Positions 11,204 to 21,680 of a stretch of 64,000 nt of DNA are shown here, one piece after another. The notes beneath the pieces are model-generated. The model was not told the origin of the DNA. It worked only from the letters and a program-made list of their open reading frames with translations, and made no database searches. Made by a program: the position numbers and the translations under genes. Source of the stretch: Meyerozyma guilliermondii (lineage: Eukaryota); the NCBI GenBank assembly GCA_051546255.1, contig CP128816.1, positions 806,001 to 870,000 on the forward strand, read 5' to 3'. How positions within the stretch are numbered: position 1 is the stretch's first letter; each line of letters opens with the position of its first letter.

Positions 11204-12418
11204 ACATATTAGGGCCCTGCGGAGGTGATGCGGGGAGTTGCGTCCTCTTGCATGACGACCCAAATTCACTAGCGACCAAAAACCTTCTGGAAGTCCAAGA
11301 AAAATGGTGCCACTTGGAAGTAGTGAGTTACAGCATGGTGGTAGATGCGTGGCGAATCAACCGTGCTATTTTGTCCAAAAAATATGCCACTCGAAAACAT
11401 TCTACCGGATTAATGTTGCAGCCATTAACTGTCAAAGTTTGCGACAGGGTACCTTATTCTTATTTTTATGCGCGTTTCTGCCTTGCATTGCAGATTGTTC
11501 CCGTTGGGTCAAGTACGATGGAATTCCGGTTAGGTTCGCCTTCAACGGTAAATGTTACGAACTAAGGGTCCCCGCTGCAATTGAGTGGACAAATGGATAG
11601 GAAAGTGACCGGAACGAACGGCAGAAGTCAATTGGCACGAGTACGTAAACTATGGGAAGTGCGGATTAATTGACGCACTATTATGTTATCAAGCAACATT
11701 ACTCGGTCCAGCGGTTCAATAGAAGCATCCAGCTTCTACTAGGCTCTATCCAATATAACCCATTGTGCACGAGCTCTCCGTACCGGACGAAAACCGATTT
11801 CGGCTTCGGCGTAACCTATGTCAGATCATCAGCACGCCAGCGACGCAAAGATTGGCGCAGGTGAAACTCGCTATCATCTCGCAGGAACTGTCGTGTAATG
11901 CAGATCTGCTGTCGAAGCTGCATTGGTCGCATAAGGTCATTTCCTCGGCGCGAGGCATAGAAGCAATTTGCCGAAGATTGGCCAGACATTACGAGGGCCC
12001 TTACTACGGCAATCACGGAAGAAGTGTATCTTGATTATCGCTGTAAATCTCGCCGAAAACAGGTCTTCCAGAAGCACCCTCCCCACATTATTTTTTACGT
12101 GCGGCGCTCCGTCCGCATCCACTACATATTGGCGAGCATTTTGGGGCAGATGCATGCGGAGGCAAAAACTTTAATTAGAATACGGTGCGGCTGGTTAACT
12201 TTCGAGGCGGACCATTTGTTGAATCCCGAGTTTTAGGCGAGTCCGTATCGAGTGACGATCTTGGTTTAGTTGCTGCCCCACACCTTTTTGGCTGCAAACC
12301 GCTGCGGTTTCATGTCCGTGACGGCTCGTTCCGAGGCTTGAGTGTCAAGCCAAACCGAACGCCCGCTTCGTGCTTTCCACTTTCCAGTGACGACTTTGGC
12401 TAAAATCCAATTTCAGGG

Positions 12419-14143
12419 TTACACCTTTTCAGTTTCCGGGTTTTCGTGGTGCTTCACCACCGCCTTGATACCTTCTTCTCCAAGATTTTCCATCATTCTT
12501 CCGACGTCAAAAGTTGCCAATTCGGTACTCTTGAACTTTCTGCTGGCAATTTTGTTCTCGAACAAGGCATCCAAGTCGGCAAAAGTCTTGTTTTTCGTTT
12601 CAGGCAAATCAAACCAGCACCAGATAAGTCCAGCCAATGCAAATCCGGCCCAGAAAAATCCAGTTTTAGCCTTCCAATTCCATGCTTCTGGATTAAGCAT
12701 CTGTGGGGTTATCACCGCAATTACAATGCCGGCAACATTGTAGGCATTTCTTGCAATAATCAAAGTTTTTGTCCGCAATTTCACCGACGGCATTTCGGCA
12801 ACGATACAGTAACATAAAGGGCCCACGCTGGAATTATAGACAAGTGTGAACACTAGAAGCATACTGCCAATTCCCCATGAAGCATTTTTGTCGGCAGAAC
12901 ATCCAAGAGCTCCAACTATGACCAAAATTACAAATTGGGTGCACAATCCAGAAAAATAAATGGTAAATCTTCCAGCATTTTTAGCCAAAAACCACGATTG
13001 AATGCACCCGACAATCCCAAGAACATACTGGATAATGGTGAAGGTGAAAGCCATACTTGGTGCAAGTCCTGCTTGCGTATAAAAGTATGCTGAGTAGCCC
13101 ATCAATGCTGAGCCTGTAATGTTCTGAAACACCCAAACTCCAACCGCTATTCTTGTTCTTCGGAAATCAGGTCCTTTGAAGCAGTCCCAATAAGTGGCTT
13201 CGTTTTTGGAGGTTCTTTCACTTTCCACAGTCAATTGCATTTTGTTCACCATTGCAACTGTCATTACTGACTTATCGGGGAGATGACTATTCTCTGTGAG
13301 AAGCCTATTGACCGACTTTTTGGCGCTTTCAAGTCGACCTTTTTTCACCAACCACCATGGAGATTCGGGTGCCAAAAAAATTCCAATCATGATAGGAATT
13401 GGCCATGCCCATTGAAGAGCGAACGGAATTCGAAAAGACCACTCAGACTTTGAGTTCACAAGCGCCCGTAATATTCCAGCAGATATAAGTTGTCCGAATA
13501 CCCAGCAAACATTGACATAAGTTGTCAAGTAGACTCGAAGAACCATTGGACAAACTTCGGAGGCATATGAAATCGACAATGTCTGAAATGCTCCCCAAGG
13601 AATCCCCAAAAGTAATTCGCCAGCAACCAACATTTGCACATTCTGAGCAAAGAACACAATAAAAATGAACCCAATTACCATTGCCAAGGCTCCAATTAAT
13701 GTCTTCCGATACCCAATGCGATCTGCTATTATACCTGCGATGAACAAACCAATAAATTCTCCGACGTATACACTCAAACTCAAGGTGGTTTGCCTTTTCG
13801 CCTCGAGGCCCCAGCTGTCGCTTTCAGGGTAATAAGTACCAAATTTCTTCTGAAACGCTGGAAACGTGAAAAATGAGTTGATGAGATTGGTGTCGAATCC
13901 TTCCATTATCAACGCCGACGACAAAACTACCGACCAGAATGCTGCCTTGGGAAACGTCTTGATGCTTTCAGACAAAGGCATGCTTCTTTCTTTGGAATCG
14001 TTATCTTTGGCTTCATTAGACAAGTCCAAAAATTTGGCCAAAAAGTCATCAACTTCATCCCGGATGGAACTATCCATGGATTTTTTTTGGGTAGGTTTTA
14101 CATTTTTATTGGACGCAGCGTCTTCTTCAAAGAAGCCACTCAT
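12419..14143 (-). CDS. Maltose/alpha-glucoside:H+ symporter, copy 3 (more diverged)
   Basis: Same family motifs; first ATG at 14143; divergent from the maltase as in canonical MAL loci. Confidence 0.95.
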   Translation of the reverse strand: MSGFFEEDAASNKNVKPTQKKSMDSSIRDEVDDFLAKFLDLSNEAKDNDSKERSMPLSESIKTFPKAAFWSVVLSSALIMEGFDTNLINSFFTFPAFQKKFGTYYPESDSWGLEAKRQTTLSLSVYVGEFIGLFIAGIIADRIGYRKTLIGALAMVIGFIFIVFFAQNVQMLVAGELLLGIPWGAFQTLSISYASEVCPMVLRVYLTTYVNVCWVFGQLISAGILRALVNSKSEWSFRIPFALQWAWPIPIMIGIFLAPESPWWLVKKGRLESAKKSVNRLLTENSHLPDKSVMTVAMVNKMQLTVESERTSKNEATYWDCFKGPDFRRTRIAVGVWVFQNITGSALMGYSAYFYTQAGLAPSMAFTFTIIQYVLGIVGCIQSWFLAKNAGRFTIYFSGLCTQFVILVIVGALGCSADKNASWGIGSMLLVFTLVYNSSVGPLCYCIVAEMPSVKLRTKTLIIARNAYNVAGIVIAVITPQMLNPEAWNWKAKTGFFWAGFALAGLIWCWFDLPETKNKTFADLDALFENKIASRKFKSTELATFDVGRMMENLGEEGIKAVVKHHENPETEKV

Positions 14144-14207
14144 CTCCAGCACAATCTGTGCCTGAGTTTGTCGGCGGAGTCTATCTTTTATGTTCGCAAA
14201 ATGAAAA

Positions 14208-14230
14208 TTTACGCGGGGCGTTTGTGGGGT
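14208..14230. promoter_or_regulatory. Tandem Mig1-type sites (GCGGGG, GTGGGG) upstream of permease 3
   Basis: tttacgcggggcgtttgtggggt. Confidence 0.6.
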
Positions 14231-15523
14231 ACTTTTCCATTATGGATGCGAAATTATTGCGAGGCATCATGTGGCTCTCAAGGGCCCTTAAAATAAGCTA
14301 CGGAGCTCAATCAAGTCGTGGTGTGATCTATATGAGCCACCGAGTTTGGCTATATGTTCATTGCATGATTTTGAACGGTTACTTCGGTTGAATGTCTGAT
14401 CAAAAATCTCATCGGAAAAACTCACTTCAGAAAATCGGAACAACTTCGATCTCGGAATCAGTACTGTTTATGCATAATTGTGTCATTCTGATTCTGGCGT
14501 GATTGCTATGAGGTTTTGAAGGTTATTATGGAGATAGGTTCATTGTTTAACATGCTAAGAAAACAATATGAAGACTGCACTAATGCTTCCCCGCAAAAAA
14601 TTGTTGAAATCGAGAATAAGAACGGAAAGCTTACCATTTCAGTTAAGCACTTTTAACAAAATTACGACTTTCAGTTTTAAGCTTGGTCGGAATTTGACTC
14701 TCAGTTTAAACTTGGTTGGAGTTTGACACTTAGTTCCCTGTGTTCGAATTTAGACGTCAATGCGACCAATTGCAACAACTTCCAATTGAATCGTTGGAAC
14801 TCTTCTAACATATCTTGTCCCCTAGCGCTCTTTTAGTACCCTGATGTCTATTTCTAGGCTGTTGCTTTTTCTTTGCAAATTTGAGTTTTCGCCAATTTGC
14901 AGCCATTCTCTGAACAGTATCAAACTCGTAAATTTCTTCTTCGCGATTCAAACGATGGAGGAAACGATCACTCTTTATTCGTATTCATTTGTAGCTGTTC
15001 TGTAAAGTTTGAATTTCAGATAATCTTGAAGAACGACGCAGAATTGATGAGAAATTTCAAAATTGGAGAATGAAGTAAAATGACAAAATTACAAGAAATA
15101 ATTTACTATGAAGTGTAGTTCTGAGGGTGGAATAGTAATAGTTAAGAGTGACAACAGAGAGTATTGCTGTAGTAGATTTTGAAGCGACAGACGCACTAAA
15201 CTAATGTTTTTGCAAGTCTACATTTCTTTCATGTAAGCACAATTTGCAATTAGTATTAATACTCTACTTGGCAGGAACCCCACCCTCGCCCCACTATGAT
15301 TGACAGGTCCCCCACCAGCCAACTTCCGATAATCTTAACGGTGATTTACGGCAATTTACTCGGATGGACTTTTCCTGGTTACATAGGTCTCTCGCGAGTG
15401 GATCCCCGCATTCGCCGCGGAAAAACGATGTGCGTAATGCACTCCACATTATGCAGCGGAATAAATATTCTTTGCGCGCGCAGGAATAAAAGCCACCCGA
15501 GTGAGGGACATTAATTTGCAATC

Positions 15524-17227
15524 ATGACAATTAACGCTGAACCTTGGTGGAAAACTGCCACAGTATACCAGATCTGGCCCGCTTCGTACAAGGATTCCAA
15601 TGGAGACGGTTTTGGAGATCTTCAAGGTATTATTTCAGAACTTGACTATGTTAAGTCTCTCGGAGTGGATGTGATTTGGCTTTCTCCAATGTACGATTCA
15701 CCCCAAGATGATATGGGATACGATATTTCCAACTACAATGCCATTTACCCCAAGTATGGTACTATGAAGGACATGGATCAATTAATTGACCAGGTCCGTA
15801 GTCGGGGCATGAAGCTCGTTCTTGACCTTGTGGTGAACCATACCAGTAGTGAGCATGAATGGTTCAAAGAATCAAGATCTTCCAAGGACAATCCCAAGAG
15901 AAACTGGTACATCTGGAAGCCTCCCAAGTATGACGAGCAAGGAAATAGACAGCCTCCAAATAACTGGAAATCTTGTTTCTCCGGTTCCGCATGGGAATGG
16001 GATGAACATACCCAAGAATATTATCTTCGGTTATTTGCAGCCACTCAGCCAGACCTCAATTGGGAGTGTGAGGAGACCAGGGAGGCCATTTATGAGTATG
16101 CTATGAAGTTTTGGTACGAAAAAGGTGTGGATGGGTTCAGAATCGATGTCGCAGCTTTATACTCCAAAGTTCAAACTTTTGAAGATGCACCAATTGTGGA
16201 CCACACGCAAAAGTGGCAGCCTTTCGGAAGCTTGTGTCTGAATGGTCCTCGTATCCACGAGTTCCACAAGGAAATGTATAAGAAAGTGACCAGCCATTAC
16301 GACGTTATGACGGTTGGAGAGGTGGGCCATTGCAGCCGTGAAGAAGCACTCAAATATGTTTCCGCTTCAGCCAACGAAATGAACTCGATTTTTCTCTTTG
16401 ATTTGGTCGAAGTGGGTGTCAAGGGACTTGGTAGGTACGATTTTGCTGGGTGGAATTTGGACGACATGAGAAAAGCCGTGAAGAATATGAGTGGTTTCGC
16501 AGAAGGAACCGATGCTTGGGCCACTGCTTTCTCTGAAAACCACGACCAACCTCGTTCAGTTTCTCGGTTTGGTACTGACAAGAACCCCAAGGGCCACAAT
16601 AAGTCCGCTAAACTCTTGGCACAAATGTTAAGCTCGCTTTCTGGAACCTTGTACATCTACCAAGGTCAGGAAATTGGAATGACAAATCTTCCACGGTCAT
16701 GGCCCATTTCTGAGTACAAGGATATCGAGACGTTGAACTACTACGAGGACTTTAAGCAGCGTATTGGCGACGATAAAGAAAAATTGGAAAAATTAATGGA
16801 CGTTGTTCAAATCATGGCCAGAGACCATGCCAGGTCTCCAGTGCAATGGGACAATTCCAAACACGGAGGATTCACCACAGGCGAGCCATGGATGCGTGTC
16901 AACGATAACTATCCCGAAATCAACGTTGCTTCGCAAGTTAACGATCCTTCGTCGGTTTTCAGTTTCTGGCAAAAATGTTTGAAAGTGAGAAAATCGCACT
17001 CTGAAACTCTCATTTTTGGAGACTTGAAAATTGTTGATAACGGCCACGAAAAACTCTTTATTTTCACCAAGGAAAACGGCAACAAAAAGGCTCTTGTTGC
17101 GTTGAACTTCTCCGAAGAAACCGTTCCATACGTTGCGGAAGAAGGTTACAACTTGGTGCTCACCAACTTTGACGAAAACTCCGACTCTCATTTGGCGCCC
17201 TACGAAGCTAGAACGTACATCAAATAG
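15524..17227 (+). CDS. MAL32: Alpha-glucosidase / maltase (GH13)
   Basis: WWK...YQIWPASYKDSNGDGFGD, DMGYDISNY, DLVVNHTS, GVDGFRIDV (catalytic Asp), VGEV, ENHDQPR, YQGQEIG, RDHARSPVQW. Confidence 0.95.
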   Translation: MTINAEPWWKTATVYQIWPASYKDSNGDGFGDLQGIISELDYVKSLGVDVIWLSPMYDSPQDDMGYDISNYNAIYPKYGTMKDMDQLIDQVRSRGMKLVLDLVVNHTSSEHEWFKESRSSKDNPKRNWYIWKPPKYDEQGNRQPPNNWKSCFSGSAWEWDEHTQEYYLRLFAATQPDLNWECEETREAIYEYAMKFWYEKGVDGFRIDVAALYSKVQTFEDAPIVDHTQKWQPFGSLCLNGPRIHEFHKEMYKKVTSHYDVMTVGEVGHCSREEALKYVSASANEMNSIFLFDLVEVGVKGLGRYDFAGWNLDDMRKAVKNMSGFAEGTDAWATAFSENHDQPRSVSRFGTDKNPKGHNKSAKLLAQMLSSLSGTLYIYQGQEIGMTNLPRSWPISEYKDIETLNYYEDFKQRIGDDKEKLEKLMDVVQIMARDHARSPVQWDNSKHGGFTTGEPWMRVNDNYPEINVASQVNDPSSVFSFWQKCLKVRKSHSETLIFGDLKIVDNGHEKLFIFTKENGNKKALVALNFSEETVPYVAEEGYNLVLTNFDENSDSHLAPYEARTYIK

Positions 17228-17251
17228 ATTAAAGAATATATGGCCTCGTCA

Positions 17252-18829
17252 TTAATCGTCATCGTCCTCTATATCAGACTCCAAATCGCACATCGATCGA
17301 CAATTGGGACAGTAAAATTGCGGATAGCTCTTGATGATGATGGGCCGAATACACTTGTAGTGCCATGCATGGGAGCACGGACTTATAAAGAGGGCCTGAC
17401 ACGGGTCGAGTGTCAATAAACATATAGCACACTCGGAGAAATTATTGGTGATTAGCGGCTCGGGTATCAGATTTCCATTGTCAAGTGCCAAGTTTTTGAG
17501 TTTCGAGTGAATCTCCAAGTTGAACGAATTGACCTTACGCTGCCAACTTTTGTTGAATTCACATCTCATTTTGACACAGCGATACACCTCTTCGGTGCCG
17601 CCTCGGTAGTCCATTCCAAGCTGAACTATATCTCCATCCACGAGAGGAGTCAATGCCAGTTCTTGCGATGCTGGAGATAACCGAATGTGGTTTAAAAAAG
17701 TTCCCGATGACGATTTGCAATCCTTGATAAACCACTGACCTTCTTCGTTGCACTGAAAGAGAGCGTGGGTTCTCGATACCACTTTGGACTTGAATACGAT
17801 AGGAGAAGATGAGCCTTGTGGGGCGTGGGCTGCGGCCCTGTTCTTGTCTGTGTAGCGACCAATGGAAATCGACTTTTCTGGTTTAATTTTGCGAATCACT
17901 GGAGCAAAATAAAGACCAGAGGCTGACGAAGAATGGTCAATAAGAGGTGTCAACCGGATAGAGTAGCATCCGTCTTTATCCATGCCAGCAGGACCACCAG
18001 AAGAATGAGCGGCAGCAGAAGAAACATCACCACCACCGCCTGTAGCAGTAGCAGTAATAGCACCAGCAGTAGCACCATTCAATGCATTTTCCTCATTTTC
18101 CTCGTTCAATTGCTCAGGACCCCGAACGGCGTCCTCGAATTCCGATTGGCTGTCGCTATTAAGATGGTGATTGAGATTGGCAATAGTGGGGCTGTTGGAC
18201 ATGAATGCTTCGGTGGAGCCTCCGGTCGGAGCGGTGCCTTGCGACCGGATAGAGTTGGCAAACAGACTCAAGAATCCGAGACCAAAAGATGATCTACGTA
18301 CGGGACCAGCCGGTGCGGATTCTGGCTGACCAAGGTTCTGTGCAGCTTTAACGTGAGACTGAGCCTGTGGTTGAGTCTGAGATTGAGACTGAGATTGAGA
18401 TTGAGATTGAGACTGAGACTGAGACTGAGACTGAGACTGTAATTGAGCCTGTGATTGAGACTGTGTCTGTGATGAGTTTCCTTGTGAATCTGCTTGTGAG
18501 TTTGCTTGCAAGTTCGCCTGATTTGCTTGTGAATGATCTGGATGATGGGGTTCAAACGACCCCGGTGGCCCAGGGGCAATTTGAGGCAGAGGGCTCAACC
18601 GTCCGTTGCGATCAGCACCAGTTGACGATTGGGGCAGTACATTAGCCGGCCAATTTCCAGGTCCAGCGGTCACTCCAGTATTTGCCACTCCGCTGCTCGC
18701 TTGGCTGCCACTTCGGTTGAGATCTGGCGCTCCAGGCAGCGAAGGAAAACTTGATGGCGAGCTGATAGGAGAAGATCTCGTCAGTTTCGAGATGGTATTC
18801 ATCGTTTCCGGAATTTCTGCGGTCTCCAT
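17252..18829 (-). CDS. DMA1: FHA + RING E3 ubiquitin ligase (Dma1/Dma2)
   Basis: IGRYT...FKSKVVSRTHA...SSSGTFLNHIRL...QLGMDYRGG (FHA); CAICL..CQALFISPCSHAWHYKC..CPNC (RING). Confidence 0.92.
   Translation of the reverse strand: METAEIPETMNTISKLTRSSPISSPSSFPSLPGAPDLNRSGSQASSGVANTGVTAGPGNWPANVLPQSSTGADRNGRLSPLPQIAPGPPGSFEPHHPDHSQANQANLQANSQADSQGNSSQTQSQSQAQLQSQSQSQSQSQSQSQSQSQSQTQPQAQSHVKAAQNLGQPESAPAGPVRRSSFGLGFLSLFANSIRSQGTAPTGGSTEAFMSNSPTIANLNHHLNSDSQSEFEDAVRGPEQLNEENEENALNGATAGAITATATGGGGDVSSAAAHSSGGPAGMDKDGCYSIRLTPLIDHSSSASGLYFAPVIRKIKPEKSISIGRYTDKNRAAAHAPQGSSSPIVFKSKVVSRTHALFQCNEEGQWFIKDCKSSSGTFLNHIRLSPASQELALTPLVDGDIVQLGMDYRGGTEEVYRCVKMRCEFNKSWQRKVNSFNLEIHSKLKNLALDNGNLIPEPLITNNFSECAICLLTLDPCQALFISPCSHAWHYKCIRPIIIKSYPQFYCPNCRSMCDLESDIEDDDD
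18355..18470 (-). repeat. Hexanucleotide coding microsatellite encoding a (Gln-Ser)n tract in DMA1/2
   Basis: (tgagac)n/(tgagat)n on the plus strand. Confidence 0.9.
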
Positions 18830-19257
18830 CGATACGGAAGTATGTGATGAACTATAGGAGGCGCCGTATTGCCAAAAAAGTCGGGTTTTTTATGGAAAAT
18901 AGTCGCCAGAAACAGCAAAGAAATCGAACACAAACACTCCTATTCGATTTTTATTAAGTAGAGAAACACTTTTAAGTGTACAAATAAGTTGATATGCTTC
19001 ACAACACCCAGAAAAACTGCTTTCAACAACCGAAAAAGCTTAAAAACTCGTTTTTACACGACAGGTGCAATACCACTGGCCTATCTCGTCAGAAGCCAGC
19101 CTCACATTTCGCTACAAATCTGGAATGCGTCACGTGCGCGCCTCGGACTCCTCACCCCGGCCTGTGTGCAGTAATGCCCGCATCGGGAAACCTACGAGAG
19201 AGTGAACAGAACAACTAAAAAGTCCCAAAAATCACCAAAATCACCAAATCTTTTCAT

Positions 19258-20961
19258 CTATATCTCGCTATCGCCTAGTAACCTCAAAAGCACCTTTTGT
19301 AGCTCTTCTCTGCCTCGTGGACTCTCCCAAATCTTGTGTCCGCTTTTCTCTGCCACCACCCATTCCATCGCCTTGCTGCTCAACTTGGTCAATTCCCGCT
19401 GCCATTTACCCCAGTTGAGCGACTTTTTGATCATGTAATCGGACGAAACCACGCTGAGCGGAACGCTGTGGATATCGCTGCCTGCCATTTCGTTGTGAGA
19501 GAGTATAGAGGCTGTGATTTGTTCCTGCAAACGAGCCCTCAAATACTTGGACAGGCGGACCATATCCGAGCCAAATATACGGCTGTTGGAAGAGTATCGC
19601 TTCGGATGGAAGAACCAATGGGTATTAGTGACCAATCCAAGAGGAGCTACCAACCCTTTGAGCCAAAGCTTGAACCCTGTGCGAGTATTCATGAATTCCA
19701 AAATGTTGCGGAACACCTTACTCTTTTCGTTTTTGCGTCCTGGTCCACTGAAAGGGTTCAACTTGAGAAGATCTTCGTGCCAGCTATCCACAAGCATCAC
19801 GGAATGAATATTGTGGGAATTTCTCAGCGCAAATGCCCGAGCATACAAGCCACCAATATCGAACCCAACCACACTGAAAGGACCTTCAATCTTCTCTTTT
19901 TCTAACGCTTCAATGAGATACTCTGTGATGATGTTAATAGAAATCGGCAGGGGTGCGCTATCGGAAAACCCGTAGCCTGGTCTATCCCAAACGCAATACC
20001 GGTCCAATCTATTCAAATGGAAAAGCTCTTCTACCCATTCCTGAAATTCTTCAGCAGAAGTCAATTGGCCTCCTTCAACCATGACTATTGGTTGTGTACC
20101 GTTATAGCTGCTTCCAACGTCTCCAAAACATGCCAAGTGAACTTTAAATTGGTTATTGTCCACAGCCACCATTTTTCCCCATGGCTGTTCATGAGAATCA
20201 AACGCCTGAAGCCATATTCCCAAGCTCACGTTCCAGATAACCAAGAGGAGAAACAACTTGATGATTATCTTGATCAACATCACGAAAAGTTCGGAGATGG
20301 AATGTCTCGTTTCTATTCTTCCAGTAAGTTCAATTTCCTGGTTTTTTTTGCTCTTTTCCACCGAGTAGTCTGCCCAGCAATTCACAGCCACCGTCAACAA
20401 AGTCCATATCATGAGCAAGTTTCCCGTAAGCCCAAATTGGTCGCGAAGGTAAGGGACACTAATTACCACAATAAAGTCAACAAAAAGCAATGCGGCACTT
20501 ACGTAGCCCAAAATCCGCTCGTAGTAAGCTGGCACAGTGAAGCTCCATAATGTGATCAAGTTGGTCAAAAAATTGAGTATCAACAAGTCGAGCTGCAAAA
20601 ACGACTTTCCTCGATTGTTCAAGCCAGGAATGGCCACAAAGTCTGAAATCAAAAAAATGAAAAAGAGAACCACATTCACCCACAACATGCACGCAATTGT
20701 GAATCGTAAAGCTCTTATACGGTACAAATTCATCGGCGATACCCGAGGGTCATCCGGGTCCAAAAAGTTGCGTCTCACCAATGGTTCTCTTTCAAGGTCG
20801 GAATCGCGCCCATGGCGTTCTTCAGCAACATGGCTACGCTCAGGCACTGGCAGAGCCGTTTCTGGCCTCGTATGGACCTCGGAACCCGTTTCTGAAACCG
20901 GCTGAGAACCGGATTTCGGACCAGTATCGGTCCCATGGTTGTCTGTGGCACTGTAGCTCAT
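19258..20961 (-). CDS. Membrane protein with C-terminal alpha/beta-hydrolase-like domain (YNL115C-like)
   Basis: LDPDDPRVSPMNL, several TM helices, YCVWDRPGYGFSDSAP, GFDIGGLYAR; YNL115C neighbours DMA2 in S. cerevisiae. Confidence 0.8.
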   Translation of the reverse strand: MSYSATDNHGTDTGPKSGSQPVSETGSEVHTRPETALPVPERSHVAEERHGRDSDLEREPLVRRNFLDPDDPRVSPMNLYRIRALRFTIACMLWVNVVLFFIFLISDFVAIPGLNNRGKSFLQLDLLILNFLTNLITLWSFTVPAYYERILGYVSAALLFVDFIVVISVPYLRDQFGLTGNLLMIWTLLTVAVNCWADYSVEKSKKNQEIELTGRIETRHSISELFVMLIKIIIKLFLLLVIWNVSLGIWLQAFDSHEQPWGKMVAVDNNQFKVHLACFGDVGSSYNGTQPIVMVEGGQLTSAEEFQEWVEELFHLNRLDRYCVWDRPGYGFSDSAPLPISINIITEYLIEALEKEKIEGPFSVVGFDIGGLYARAFALRNSHNIHSVMLVDSWHEDLLKLNPFSGPGRKNEKSKVFRNILEFMNTRTGFKLWLKGLVAPLGLVTNTHWFFHPKRYSSNSRIFGSDMVRLSKYLRARLQEQITASILSHNEMAGSDIHSVPLSVVSSDYMIKKSLNWGKWQRELTKLSSKAMEWVVAEKSGHKIWESPRGREELQKVLLRLLGDSEI

Positions 20962-21680
20962 TTCTGGGGGTGCTCACAGGTGTAGAATGTGAAAAAATTA
21001 CCCAATTCCAAACTTGAAAGAATGCGTGGTGAAATAAATGGTTACGCCTGAAATAGTTAGCAACCTTCAAATTATGTCACGATGTTCTGCTGGTGTACGG
21101 GTGCGTTAACCGATAAGGTTTTGGATCGTAAATCCAGGTATAATGTACCAGCGAAATGGTGATGGAGGAGCTTTTTTGGTCATATTGGGCATTGTGGTGA
21201 GTCATTTGGATGAGTTGAAGGAAGAACAGTCTTTGAACGCTATTTTCGAAAATTATAAATTTTGATTTTTCAGAGTTTGTCAGGGTTCTGTTTCTTCCTC
21301 CAATCTTCATTTCTGTTTTCACTTTCAATAATTGTCTTTAATTTCAAGCCCTTTCGTAGTTTCTACAAGAATACTTTTGCTTCAATTGCATAAATAGCTC
21401 GAATTCCATTCTTGGCAATTGCTGCAAAACTAAATAAACCAAACAACCCAATTATCACAATCACTCTAAAAGAAATCAATATTTTCAGTGTTCAGTAAAA
21501 GCACTCCTTTTTCATAAAGCCATTTTAAACTTCTTTCGCCCAAAATGGTAATCATATCGATAGCAAGAATGCGACCTGAATCGCCAAATGCTTGTCGTCT
21601 CCACATTCGGGTAGCCGGTGTTTGGGCGCGCCATCCCAGCAGCAAGTGTCACCATATTTTGGCTACGTTACTACTTGTAC

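Noticed and set aside
14666..14730. Imperfect ~30-bp direct repeat in an AT-rich spacer; considered as an LTR or transposon relic
   Set aside because: No TG...CA termini, target-site duplication or transposase/RT remnants
15044..15124. TTGATGA...CTGA pair in the permease/maltase promoter
   Set aside because: No terminal stem, splice context or recognisable antisense element
18839..18852. GTATGT overlapping GTGATGA just upstream of DMA1 on the plus strand
   Set aside because: No box D or branchpoint downstream, and it is the wrong strand for a DMA1 intron
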